The notes beneath the pieces were generated by a model that made no database searches, was not told where the DNA came from, and saw nothing but the letters and a program-made list of their open reading frames with translations. A stretch of DNA of 61,663 bases, counting the filler. It is 9 parts of 9 records of this genome, joined end to end, with 100 filler letters (N's around TTAATTAATTAA, not from the genome) between each part and the next. Parts side by side here need not be neighbours in the genome. Positions count along the whole stretch, not along the records: positions 12,425 to 18,241 come from SRR31147125_120794; positions 18,342 to 27,155 come from SRR31147125_120804; 7 more parts are not named here. The stretch is one strand, 5' to 3'. The position numbers and the translations under genes are program-made. Positions 12,425 through 22,711 of the stretch are shown here, piece by piece; within the stretch, counting starts at the first letter, position 1; each line of letters starts with the position of its first letter.

Positions 12425-12821
12425 TATCGCTGAACTGGAAACAGAACTCCCCCACGCGCTCCACCGTCCCATGACGTCCCGCATAGAGGATAAGCGACCG
12501 TCGAAAAAGAGTGGAATACCTACAAGGGAGAGAGAGGGTTCACCCACAGACCCACAGGCCCATGACACACCCTCCTGAGAGCCGAACAATGTCTCCTGGG
12601 AGAAGCGAATCGTTGACAACATCCCATAGAGAAAGCTGGACACTTCCTGTACTATCCGCGACAAGACAGTGGGACAAGGTGTGGTCGTCCTTGGTTTTGG
12701 TGATGCTTCCCTTCTCAAGAACAACGAATTGACACGACACGCCCTTCATCCCGGGACGGAGTTCCACAACCTTCGTAAAGGTGGACGACGCAGACTTGAA
12801 TGTACCAAAGGAACACGCCAT
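12425..12821 (-). CDS. Eukaryotic SOSS complex subunit B (NABP/hSSB-type OB-fold ssDNA-binding protein), one intron 12520-12570, 3' truncated
   Basis: Spliced product ..VVELRPGMKGVSCQFVVLEKGSITKTKDDHTLSHCLVADSTGSVQLSLWD..LLPGDIVRLSGG|YSTLFRRSLILYAGRHGTVERVGEFCFQFSD matches the NABP1/2 pattern. A 51-nt GT..AG intron restores the frame. Confidence 0.88.
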
Positions 12822-12847
12822 GTGGGAGAAAGGGTATGATTTCATTA

Positions 12848-15468
12848 TCATGTGTTCACAAAGGTATGAGGACTCACACGCGTGAGGCTATTGGCAAATT
12901 CAGCACGCTTGGAAGAGATCCAGGTCGTGAGCATATGGAAGAGGGTGTGACCCCAGGTCAGGATCGTCAAGATCTGCAGTAGATTTGGGAGATCTATCAA
13001 ACAAGGTGGAAAGAACAAACCTGAAGGCGGAAGGCATACGAAACGATGTCTCGCCAATAGTTGAGTCGAGCGGATAGGTCTCTACGATCTTTGGCTCCCT
13101 GCCATCAGAGGGGGGTATGGATCGTGGGGCACACAACGCACGTCCACGGATCAAGGCGCGATGAATCCCACGCACACTACTACGTGCGTAGATGGCAAAA
13201 CGATTCACCGGTGCCCCCATCTCTTTGTTGACAGATCGCAAAAGATTGCTACACTCCTCCCTCAGCGAGGAAGTGGGAGCGAACGCTCACTTACTTAGTG
13301 CGCAAGACAAAAAGAAGCTGGCGATCAATCCCTTCCATGAACGTTGAGAACTTGGCGACGTTCATGGTTTGGACCTTGGCGCGAATTCGTGCCAGATCGT
13401 CCTTTGTGGAAGGCGAATCGCTTTGAATGAACGCACTACGACCAGGAATCAGGCATGGACACGTTACACACACACACTCACACACACGATACGCGATACC
13501 TTTCAGAGGGTCTCCATGTCAGCATAATTGAAAAGAGTTCGTGAAACTCCCCAGCTCCCAACCTTCGTGCATATCTAACACCAGGATCAAACCCCAAAGC
13601 GATACTTCGATTCGTCTACAATCGCACCGTTCAATTTCTACATGGTCGCGTAACATAAGAGCACGCCACAAATGTGCATAGTCCTCACTGCATGGGATTG
13701 AGATTGAGACCCTGAGGATATCCAACACCACCACCCTCACCGAAACGATTCGTCCAGCTCCTTGTACAACCCATGGTCGAGAAGTACGACCTCTGGGCCA
13801 TTCCCCCTCTGATTGGCACGCACAAGAACGTTTCCGGGATGAGGATCACAATGAACAAAGCCATGAATGAAAATTTGCTCGCAGAAGGCCTCATTCAGGA
13901 GAGCGGATACCTTGTGTTGTGTTGTGTTGTATGTGCGTGTTTCAAACCAGTCGCTTACCTTGTGCAAGGCGAAACCATTCTTCTTCTGACATGCCGAATC
14001 GGTCACTTTGCATCCATGAATGAATTCCATCACCAGGATACGTCTTGAGGTCAGAGACTAACAGACTGTGAGGGCTGGATAGGGATAGGGATAGGGATAA
14101 GGATAGGGAGACGAACCCAGTGAACCTTTGGTATGTAAATATCCCTAATGTTCCGCAGGTTGTGTGCCGTCTTTTCAGCATTTCTGCCCTCTTCAATGAA
14201 ATCTATCCTCCACACTGCCATGTGAGATGCCTGACACGTGAGAGGACACCCAAACCGAGCTCCTTCAGCAGATTCTGGCGAAATTCAGGAATCAACCACG
14301 TGAAACGAAAGTCAGGAAAAACCTGAGGCAAGTGTCATGAAACGATGGAGAAAACTACAACCCTCGAACGCACAATGGGAATCAGATGTGTTAGAAACTG
14401 CAATGTTGCAAGATCCCCCACAATCTTCTCACGAAGACCAGCATACTGCACCTGGAACAAACATCTCTCATTATTCAGGATGAGTTCGAGACGTGCCTAC
14501 CTTCACAGCCACTTCTTCATTGTTCCTTGTCACTGCCCGGTGAACCTGATCTCTCTCCAATAAGATTCAGTCCACACGGCGCGCTCATCCAAACCTGGGC
14601 GAGAGATGCCGCGGCAAAGGGCACAGGATCCATGGACAAGAAACTATCCTTCACATAAGAGGGGAGGGAATCCGACGTCCGACGTCTAACGTACAGCTCA
14701 TGCGGCAAAGCGCCTTGATCATCTTTGAAGACACGTGAGATCGCTCCAAAGGACTGACTCGGTGCCTAGAAACGCATCAATCCAACCTACTGAATCAAGG
14801 GACCCCACACCTTGTCCTGACACACAGCCATCGTCGATGTGTACCTGATCGACCATACAAGGATGATCAAAGGGGTCCTTTCCTAGTGTTCACGCACTCA
14901 GAGGGGAGAACATGGTTGAGAGACGCAATGTGTTGCCCCAGCTTGATATAGATCCCCGTCTGGCGTTCAAACAACCTGGACGGCGAGATTGAGAAGAAGA
15001 AAAAGTGAGGCTGCAGCATGCCGTGCATACCTGAGTAATCGTCGTGCACAACGCGCATGGACCTTTACGTGCCACCAGGTCAGTCAGTGGTGCGCAAAGA
15101 ACACAGGAAGCACCTTGGACCGTATGGCACGATACTCATCACTGGGATAGGGAACGTTGTGAAGGGACCACTTGTAATCAGCGGCGATGACTGTCGCCTG
15201 CAACGCAATCAGTCAGTCACACACACACAGAGGAGAAGATCCCATACACTACCGTTGCCGTGGACCGCATAAATCGAACTACAGACTCAGTAATCATGGC
15301 CGGCTTCCAGAGGAACGAGGGAAGAAGATGGTGCGGTGTGTACGCCAGACCCCCCAACGCTGCTGTTCCGAATGCTACCATAACGAGTCCATGACGACGA
15401 CGTGCACCCGTAGGAGTTGTTGCGTGAATGGGAACGCGTGTAGAGCCGATTCGGCGCAGGAGGAACAT
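12848..15468 (-). CDS. Eukaryotic ABC1/UbiB atypical kinase (ADCK1/5-like), at least 16 short introns
   Basis: Manual splicing gives GIYIKLGQH (KxGQ), FAAASLAQVH, VAVKVQY, ELDFIEEGRNAE, LVMEFIHG, FVHCDPHPGN and LLDHGLY. The N-terminus MFLLRRIGSTR looks like a mitochondrial presequence. Last exons and stop position are uncertain. Confidence 0.9.
14079..14108 (+). repeat. (ATAGGG)5 hexamer microsatellite inside an intron
   Basis: ataggg ataggg ataggg ataagg ataggg, within the 59-nt intron after the ..PKVHW exon. Confidence 0.8.
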
Positions 15469-15542
15469 GGAAGGAGATAGATCATCCAAACGATGGATCC
15501 CATGGAAAGAGATGATAGATCATCACCAAACAAGCACATGTT

Positions 15543-17923
15543 TTACACGCCATCCAAACGATGGATCACCCCTAACATGCACCAGCATACATATACATTC
15601 TCTGCGTATGGAAAAACACGAACACGTATGGCAAAACGGGCCTCTCTACGTGTTTCAAGGATCTGAGAGGCCACAGGTGCTTTCAGCAAGGCTGTCAATG
15701 CGCGCGACGGCGATCGATGCGTGAAGGCAAGGGGAAAGCCCTTGAACGTATGGCCTTGGGGAACGTGCCGTCGAATGGCATCTTGGAATTCTTCCACACC
15801 CATGGATGTACCCGCAACACGTTCCCACTCGTACGAGAAGAGTGCTTGGAGAAAAAGTGCGCCAAGTCCAAATCCCAGTGGGTATCCATCTGTGTAAAAA
15901 GGCAGAGTTAGTGTGCCGGACTCGGAGGTCCCACACATGACTCACGTCGTCTTCTCGACGGTGATCTTCAATCATTTGACACAGAGATTCTTCCATCCGT
16001 GTTTCCACTAGAGGGAGAACGTTGCAACAATGACGGCATGAACAACGTCTCACCTTCGCGTGGAGAGATGACAGAGGGAAGAAGGGAAACTGTACTCAGT
16101 GCCGTGTTGAGTGCAAGTTTTTCTGGATCCATGCCCTTCCAGTGTGCTCTTGAGTCGAGATCCCACTCAAGGATGGCACACGATTCACTTTCTTGAATAT
16201 TGGCATAGAACTGTGCCAGGCGTGTTAGGGTGGGGAGGGGCCACGGTAAGGCTCAAGCCGCACCCGATCATGTCGAAACAAGCACGATACGGTCTTATAA
16301 CGAGAATGCGTCAGACTCGTTGGCGTGACGGCCAGGCGTTGTGCCGTAAGGCTTTCCCAGAATGTGATATGGCCATGACCTCCACGAGTCATCACCCACA
16401 CATGAGCGCCTTGTGTATCGGTTCCAACACAAACGTAGGCATCCAATCCGAACCCAAGAAGAAGGGAACACAAAAGAAGGGCGTGATCCTCCACATCACA
16501 CCTCTCCTTTGCGAGAAATGTGTGCATGGTATGCCACACTTCCGTTCTGGCGGAGATGGCACCATGTTGAGCGAACCATATTGCCTCTGTCGCCCATACC
16601 TCCCACCACCGATCGCCTCCTCTCGTTCGTAAGGAAGAAGGCTTACAAAACGTGCAGCATGGAAGGGTGAGTCGAATAGGCGCGTCCGAAGGGGCTGCAC
16701 AAACGAGCACACGGAACGACTCACTCCATCCTCTCCCTGCATGGATCTATGAGGTCCTACATCATATTCTCAATCAAAGGTACGCACGCGTGCAAAAATC
16801 TTCACCAGACGTCGTTTGTGATGAGACGGTCCATGGGTGTACTCTTTCCACCACTCTCGCGCATAGGCCACAAAGGCACTTGCACCCTGGGCCTCTTCCA
16901 GGCGTTCTTCCTCCACACAGGCCATAACAGATTCCTCATCTAGTCGTGCTTCGACACCGGGAACGAAATCTACTCGAAGTTCAACAATCCCTGTTGTCGT
17001 CTTTCCATCTCCACCCGGTGGAACGAGCTCAGCTGTCACTGCCACAGATCCTGTGCATACAACTTTTCGCCATTCCAATTGATGGGTTCCGATCAGTGTG
17101 GCACGATCATACGTGGGATCCCGTTCAACCACAGCCATACACAGCGGACGACCGTGCCCACGATGAAGAAGTGTACGAAGGAGCACATCCGGATTGCCTT
17201 GCCGACGTACCTACAGCGGGAAACAAGTGAGCAGGCGAGGATGAATCCACGACGATCAAGACAAACACAACCCCCAGGTCAAACAGAAACGTGTCTTGAA
17301 AACAGGGTTCTCCACAAGACGGGACATCACGCGATCGGAATCGCTGGCTTCCCAGGGATACATGAAGACACAAGACATCACTTCGCAATGCCTGCGATCA
17401 ACAGAACCACCCGTGAGGGAGGGAAAGGACACCCCGTCGCCCTGTCGTCCAAACAACTCACTCGACTCAAGAAGGCCCGTCCTGGCATCACTCGTACGCG
17501 TAGATATTGTTGTGTGGAGTTTGGCACACGGACATCTCAGGGATTCACGTCAGAAAGACAGGTAGACGGTGTTACGTACAGGACTCACTCTGTATGAGAG
17601 CCGAGGCAAGTGGATCGGGTGGTGGAGGAGCGACGTCAGGATCCTCCATCGAAGCAGCTGCGACGATGTGGTCGAGGACTCCGCGTTCTTGGAGGGAGTC
17701 GATCACGTCCTCTTCACTCAGATGTCTCAGCCCACCCGCCTCCTCGGCAAGCTCAGCGAGAACCTGTCGCACCCGGGCAAACACATCTACCACTCGTCTG
17801 AGATGTGGCGACGGCGACGGCGACGACCACCCCGGCCCCACACCCGCCTGTACCATTCGATCGGACATGTTGATGTACACGATGCTTGAGGGCAGCTAGA
17901 GCCTCCTCTCGCACGGTATCCAT
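15543..17923 (-). CDS. CEP76: Centrosomal protein CEP76, multi-intron
   Basis: Exons encode LKHRVHQHV..DVFARVRQVL..LQERGVLDHI, C2-domain YLRVRVMPGRAFL, IGTHQLEWRKV, YAREWWKEY..RLVKIFA, transglutaminase-like DVEDHALLLCSLLLGFGLDAYVCVGT..HVWVMT..FWESLT, and C-terminal VPQGHTFKGFP..VRVFPYAENVYVCWCML. Confidence 0.9.
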
Positions 17924-18023
17924 GGAGAGAACGCGGGGAATGAATGGGGATGTTGTCCTGTTGATCTCCATGTCCCATCATGTCCGATTTCCTGTTTTCC
18001 TCCTCATTTCCCTCCCCAGTTAA

Positions 18024-18241
18024 ATGTCGGATGTGACTGCCTTGGTGGAGGGTACGTAGGATCTTTCAAAGGGGGTTCATGGGATGGCTCAGGATTCCCT
18101 CAGGGGCGGTGAGTGCTCTGGAACGTCTCCGTGTGGGTCTTGAGAAGGAGATAGCTCGAGACTCGGCAGGAAAGAAACCCTCACAGGGTGTGTTCGACCC
18201 TACATGGGATGAAATGCGTACGCGGGTACGTTAGCGAGCGC
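18024..18241 (+). CDS. 5' part of an unidentified eukaryotic gene divergent from CEP76 (intron 18052-18103)
   Basis: Removing a 52-nt GTACGT..CAG intron gives the open frame MSDVTALVEGAVSALERLRVGLEKEIARDSAGKKPSQGVFDPTWDEMRTR, followed by another GTACGT donor. Confidence 0.55.
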
Positions 18242-18341
18242 NNNNNNNNNNNNNNNNNNNNNNNNNNNNNNNNNNNNNNNNNNNNTTAATTAATTAANNN
18301 NNNNNNNNNNNNNNNNNNNNNNNNNNNNNNNNNNNNNNNNN

Positions 18342-18566
18342 ATCGAACCGGACAGCGGTTCGTTTTCATGGCAGCCGGGGGATATCCTGCTGTTGAGCAC
18401 GGACGGCCTGCATGATATGATGGAACACGAGTCTATCCAAGACATCCTCAACACAGGCACCGATATTGATCCTATGGCTGATACCCTGGTGAACAACGTA
18501 CTCGAGGCGGGAGGAAGAGATAACATCTCGCTGATCCTCGCCCTCCATACCGCTGACGGGCGCTGA
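18342..18566 (+). CDS. PP2C-family Ser/Thr phosphatase, C-terminal part
   Basis: Manual translation: QPGDILLLSTDGLHDM...AGGRDNISLIL. Confidence 0.85.
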   Translation: MEPDSGSFSWQPGDILLLSTDGLHDMMEHESIQDILNTGTDIDPMADTLVNNVLEAGGRDNISLILALHTADGR

Positions 18567-18573
18567 AACAGCC

Positions 18574-20241
18574 ATGATAGAACTGATATCGCGACTCATA
18601 CGTCACCCGATTCTCACCTCAGAGCTGCTCGTCGCAACCCTGTTCGTGACGCTCCTGAACCTGGCCTCCCCCATTTTCGTCATCCAGGTACTCAACCGCT
18701 ACATCTCGCACGGGATCACCGGCACGTTGATCACGCTGACCAGCGGCATGCTGATCGCGATGCTCCTGCAGTTCCTGTTCAGACTGATCCGAACCCGGAT
18801 CGCCTCCGATATCAGCATCGACGCGGACCGGAAGCTGGCCGACCGGGTGCTCGAAGCGCTCAGCAACAGCTGCGCACTGGATCTGCTCGACATGGGCAGG
18901 AGCAGGCTCCAGGAATCAGCCGTACGGCTGCAGCATATCCGCACCGGATACTCCGGCCCCAACATAACCAATTTCCTCGACGGTCCCTTCGCTGTTCTCT
19001 ACCTGATCGCCGCGTTCATCATCAGCCCGCTGCTCGCGGGCATCGGCCTTCTGGCAATGGGAATCGGCATCGTGATCGGCATCGCCAACGTCTTCTCCTC
19101 GACCCGCTCGACAACGGCGACCCAGCAGAAGAGCATGGAGCAGCGCAGCCTGATCATGTCGGCGGTGAACAACCTGGAAACGGTACGGCTCTTTCGCGGC
19201 TCCGGTTTTTTAAGCGGACCCTTCCGGGACATCACCGGGGCACTGCTCGGCCGAGCCCGCAAGGAGCAGGCCGGCAGAGAGTTCTATCGCAGCACCACGA
19301 TGATGCTGACGATCCTGCTCAGCGTCTCGCTTTACGCGGTCGGTGCGATACAGGTGGTCGAGGGGCACATGTCGGTCGGTGCGCTGATCGGTATCAATAT
19401 CCTGGTGACCAGGTCGTTCTCCACGCTGACCCAGTTCATCCAGTCGTTGAGCCTGATCAACAAGGCACAGCATGAATACCGGTCTCTCAAAGATATATTG
19501 AAACTGCCCCGTGAGCAGAGCAACGGTTCGGGCCTGCAGCAGTTTTCGGGAGATATCAGCCTGCGCGACCTCGGGTTCACCTATCCGGCCGGCCACAACC
19601 CGCTTTTCGAAAACCTGTCCCTCGACCTGAGCAGCGGCGACCGACTGATTATTACCGGCCAGAACGGCACTGGCAAGACCACCCTGGTCCGGCTGCTCAC
19701 CGGCCTGCTCACCCCGGAGCGCGGCAGCGTCATGGTCGACCGGGTCGATCTGCGGCAGCTCGATCCTTCCTGGTGGCGCGACCAGCTTATCTACGTGCCG
19801 CAGGAGCCGACGTTTCTGGCTGCAACTATCCGGGAGTCGATAACGATAGCAAATCCTGAGATGGCGGAAGAGCGCTTGCAGGAGATTATTGCACAGTCAG
19901 ATCTGGAGTCCTATCTGAACAACAGCGCCGACGGCCTCAACACCTTCCTCGGTGAGGAGGGCCGCAACCTCCCGCAGGGGATCAGGCGACGCCTGGCCTT
20001 TGCTCGGGCGATGGCGAACGGCGGAAAGCTTGTGATTCTCGATGAACCGACAGAGAGTCTCGACGACAGCGGCTGTCAAACCGTCTACCGCCTGCTCAAT
20101 GATTTTGTTGAACAGGGGAAAACCATTGTTATCGTTACGAGAGACGAGAAAATCATCAAGGGAGCAACTCATACGATAAACCTGGACCGGAAACCGACCC
20201 CGGCCATTACCGCTGCAGGATCCGCCGATGGCCGTGAATAA
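18574..20241 (+). CDS. Type I secretion system ABC permease/ATPase (LapB/PrtD-like, no C39 domain)
   Basis: TMD beginning LLNLASPIFVIQVLNR, Walker A GQNGTGKT, Walker B ILDEPT, adjacent HlyD gene. Confidence 0.88.
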   Translation: MIELISRLIRHPILTSELLVATLFVTLLNLASPIFVIQVLNRYISHGITGTLITLTSGMLIAMLLQFLFRLIRTRIASDISIDADRKLADRVLEALSNSCALDLLDMGRSRLQESAVRLQHIRTGYSGPNITNFLDGPFAVLYLIAAFIISPLLAGIGLLAMGIGIVIGIANVFSSTRSTTATQQKSMEQRSLIMSAVNNLETVRLFRGSGFLSGPFRDITGALLGRARKEQAGREFYRSTTMMLTILLSVSLYAVGAIQVVEGHMSVGALIGINILVTRSFSTLTQFIQSLSLINKAQHEYRSLKDILKLPREQSNGSGLQQFSGDISLRDLGFTYPAGHNPLFENLSLDLSSGDRLIITGQNGTGKTTLVRLLTGLLTPERGSVMVDRVDLRQLDPSWWRDQLIYVPQEPTFLAATIRESITIANPEMAEERLQEIIAQSDLESYLNNSADGLNTFLGEEGRNLPQGIRRRLAFARAMANGGKLVILDEPTESLDDSGCQTVYRLLNDFVEQGKTIVIVTRDEKIIKGATHTINLDRKPTPAITAAGSADGRE

Positions 20242-21511
20242 TTACAAAAAGGCGGGACCGATCACGCACCTGCTGTTCCTGCTCTGCATCCTGCTCTGTT
20301 CCAGTTTTATCTACTGGGCGACAGCGGCGCAGCTCGACATTGTCTCCGTTGCGCCGGGCCGGGTCGTCCCAACCGGAAGAATCAAGGATGTGCAGCACCT
20401 GGAAGGAGGCATCATCAGTGAGATCCTCGTTCAGGAAGGTGATGCGGTGAAGGAAGGAGACACGCTTGTGGTACTCCAGGCAATCAGCAGCGACGCAACG
20501 GTCGGGGAAATGGAGGTGCGGATCGCCGCACTGAAGATCGACCTGCTCAGGCTTGAGGCTCTGAGCAAGCCGGAGACATCGCATGAAATCCCTGCAGAAC
20601 TGGAGGAGAAGTATCCGGACCTGGTCGACCAGAGCAGGCAGTTAATGAAAGCCAACCGTGAGCGCTACAGGGCCGGTCTCGCCGCACGGGACGAGGTCAT
20701 TGCCCAACGCAAGAGGGACATCGAGCAGATCAAGGAGCGGATGGCAGGCAACGACGAGAACCTCTCTCTGCTGAGAAAACAGATTGCCATCAGCGAACGG
20801 CTGATTCTCGACAAGCTGACGACCGAATACGAGCATCTCCAGTTTCTCCGAGAAGAGGCCGCGCTGAAAACGGCGCTGCTCGAAGACAAGAGCAACCTGG
20901 CCAAAGCGCAGTCGGCGCTCAGAGAAGCCGAAGACAACCGTCGCCACTACAACAACAGCTTCGGGGTTGACATCCAGGAAAAGCGCAGCAAAGCCCAGCA
21001 GGAACTGAACGAGTTCAGTCACCGAATGAAGAAATTCAGCGACAGCCAGAGCCGCACATCGATCAAGGCCCCGGTAGACGGCATCGTCAAGACGATGCAT
21101 GTGGATACCAGGGGCGGGGTAATCGCACCCGGAAGAACGATCATGGACATCGTCCCGACCGGGGACTCGCTCGTTGTCGAAGCCCAGCTCTCGATTGAGG
21201 ACATCACGTCCGTCAAGCCCGGCCAGGACGCCGTCGTCAAGCTTGCCAGCCGCAATTCCAGGCGTGTCGGGAAAATCAGCGGAACCGTTGTGCACATCAG
21301 CCCGGACGCGCTGGCAACCGAACAGGGGCTCACCTATTATGCAACAAGAATACAGACGGACCAGGACTATTTCGTGTGGGGTGATGAACGCTACGACCTG
21401 ATCCCCGGAATGGGGGTCGCGGTCTTTATCCACACCGGCAAGCGCACGGTACTCGAATATCTTCTCGACCCGTTCCTCGATTCTATCAGCCAGGGATTCC
21501 AGGAGAAATGA
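20228..21511 (+). CDS. HlyD-family type I secretion periplasmic adaptor
   Basis: VQHLEGGII..VQEGDAV, coiled coil, IKAPVDGIV and LIPGM..IHTGKRTVLEYLLDP. Confidence 0.92.
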   Translation: MAVNNYKKAGPITHLLFLLCILLCSSFIYWATAAQLDIVSVAPGRVVPTGRIKDVQHLEGGIISEILVQEGDAVKEGDTLVVLQAISSDATVGEMEVRIAALKIDLLRLEALSKPETSHEIPAELEEKYPDLVDQSRQLMKANRERYRAGLAARDEVIAQRKRDIEQIKERMAGNDENLSLLRKQIAISERLILDKLTTEYEHLQFLREEAALKTALLEDKSNLAKAQSALREAEDNRRHYNNSFGVDIQEKRSKAQQELNEFSHRMKKFSDSQSRTSIKAPVDGIVKTMHVDTRGGVIAPGRTIMDIVPTGDSLVVEAQLSIEDITSVKPGQDAVVKLASRNSRRVGKISGTVVHISPDALATEQGLTYYATRIQTDQDYFVWGDERYDLIPGMGVAVFIHTGKRTVLEYLLDPFLDSISQGFQEK

Positions 21512-21933
21512 CGATGATGTCCCCTGCCCCGATCACCTTCAGCCTGGAAACAACCTTGACCGAGCTGGACCGCCTGAGCAGTGAGCTGGAACAGATGGGA
21601 GAGGTGTGGGATCTCGCACCTGCGGTAATCCTGCAACTCAACCTCGCCCTCGATGAGCTCTTCACGAACGTAGTCGACTACGGAATCGAACCCGGTGAAC
21701 GCTCGCAGGTCGATTTCACGATACAATTGCGCAACAATCAGCTGCAAATCATCATCTGTGACGAAGGAAAACCCTTCGACCCGACGATTCCTGCCAACCC
21801 GGACCTGAGTGTCCCCCCGATGGACAAGGAAATTGGCGGTCTCGGTATCTTCTTGGTTCGTCAATACACCGATTCAATCGATTATCGGCGGGACAACGGG
21901 AAAAATATCATAACGCTGACAAAAACAATTTAA
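21508..21933 (+). CDS. RsbW/SpoIIAB-type anti-sigma kinase (HATPase_c_2)
   Basis: LALDELFTNVVDYG, DEGKPFDP and GGLGIFLV. Confidence 0.9.
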   Translation: MTMMSPAPITFSLETTLTELDRLSSELEQMGEVWDLAPAVILQLNLALDELFTNVVDYGIEPGERSQVDFTIQLRNNQLQIIICDEGKPFDPTIPANPDLSVPPMDKEIGGLGIFLVRQYTDSIDYRRDNGKNIITLTKTI

Positions 21934-21972
21934 AACAGTTGTTATAGTCACCATGAGCAAGGAGGAACATCA

Positions 21973-22311
21973 ATGGATATCCAAAAATCAGAAGAGCAGG
22001 GAGTTGTAATTCTGGCACCCGACGGGAGGCTGGACTCGAACAGCGCCCCCAGCCTCGAGCAGGAAATCAGTACGGTGGGCTATGGAAACGACGGGCAGCA
22101 CCTGCTTCTCGATTTCAGCCGGGTTGAGTACATCTCGAGTGCCGGTTTGCGAGTGGTGCTGAAAACGGTGAAGGAGAGATTGTCGTCGAACAAGTCTTTT
22201 GCCGTCAGCAACATGCAGGCTCACGTCAGGGAGGTATTCGAGATCTCCGGATTCGATTCCTATGTCACCATTCACCCTGATACGGCACAGGCCCTCGCAG
22301 CATTCAAATAG
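21973..22311 (+). CDS. RsbV/SpoIIAA-type STAS anti-anti-sigma factor
   Basis: GRLDS, LDFSRVEYISSAGLRV (phospho-acceptor Ser) and VREVFEISGF. Confidence 0.92.
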   Translation: MDIQKSEEQGVVILAPDGRLDSNSAPSLEQEISTVGYGNDGQHLLLDFSRVEYISSAGLRVVLKTVKERLSSNKSFAVSNMQAHVREVFEISGFDSYVTIHPDTAQALAAFK

Positions 22312-22316
22312 CATCA

Positions 22317-22658
22317 ATGGGCGCTGACAACCGCAAAGGCAGGCGGGTCGATACGCATGATGACATCATGTTTGCCCACCGCTCGGTTCATCCGTTCTGT
22401 TATTATGGAGCAGTGACCCTGAACCACAGCTCTACCGGAATGTGCGTGGAGAGCAGGTATGAGGCACAACAGGGTGATCTTCTCTGCCTGAGATTGATCG
22501 GTCACCATCTGCAGTCCTTTACGTCACTGGATGAATTGACCTGTATTGCCGAAGTGAAATGGTGCGAGACGGTCGGGACTCCGGAAAAACCGGCCTTCCA
22601 AATCGGGCTGCACTATCATGGGAACCTGGTTCCCCCACTGTTCAAACCAGAAGAGTAG
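22317..22658 (+). CDS. Stand-alone PilZ-domain protein
   Basis: RKGRR (RxxxR) and NHSSTG (D/NxSxxG) c-di-GMP motifs, plus AEVKWC and IGLHY strands. Confidence 0.8.
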   Translation: MGADNRKGRRVDTHDDIMFAHRSVHPFCYYGAVTLNHSSTGMCVESRYEAQQGDLLCLRLIGHHLQSFTSLDELTCIAEVKWCETVGTPEKPAFQIGLHYHGNLVPPLFKPEE

Positions 22659-22711
22659 CATCAACGAATAACGTCTGCTGAAACTATTAATCTTGTCACA
22701 CGACTGAATCT

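Noticed and set aside
14079..14108. ATAGGG repeat as a telomere
   Set aside because: Only five units, internal to an intron. Other introns also carry simple repeats (TG, ACACA), so it is an ordinary microsatellite.
12425..18241. Fragmented ORFs suggesting a non-standard genetic code or a decayed region
   Set aside because: The in-frame stops I traced are removed by canonical GT-AG introns, and the standard code gives conserved proteins.
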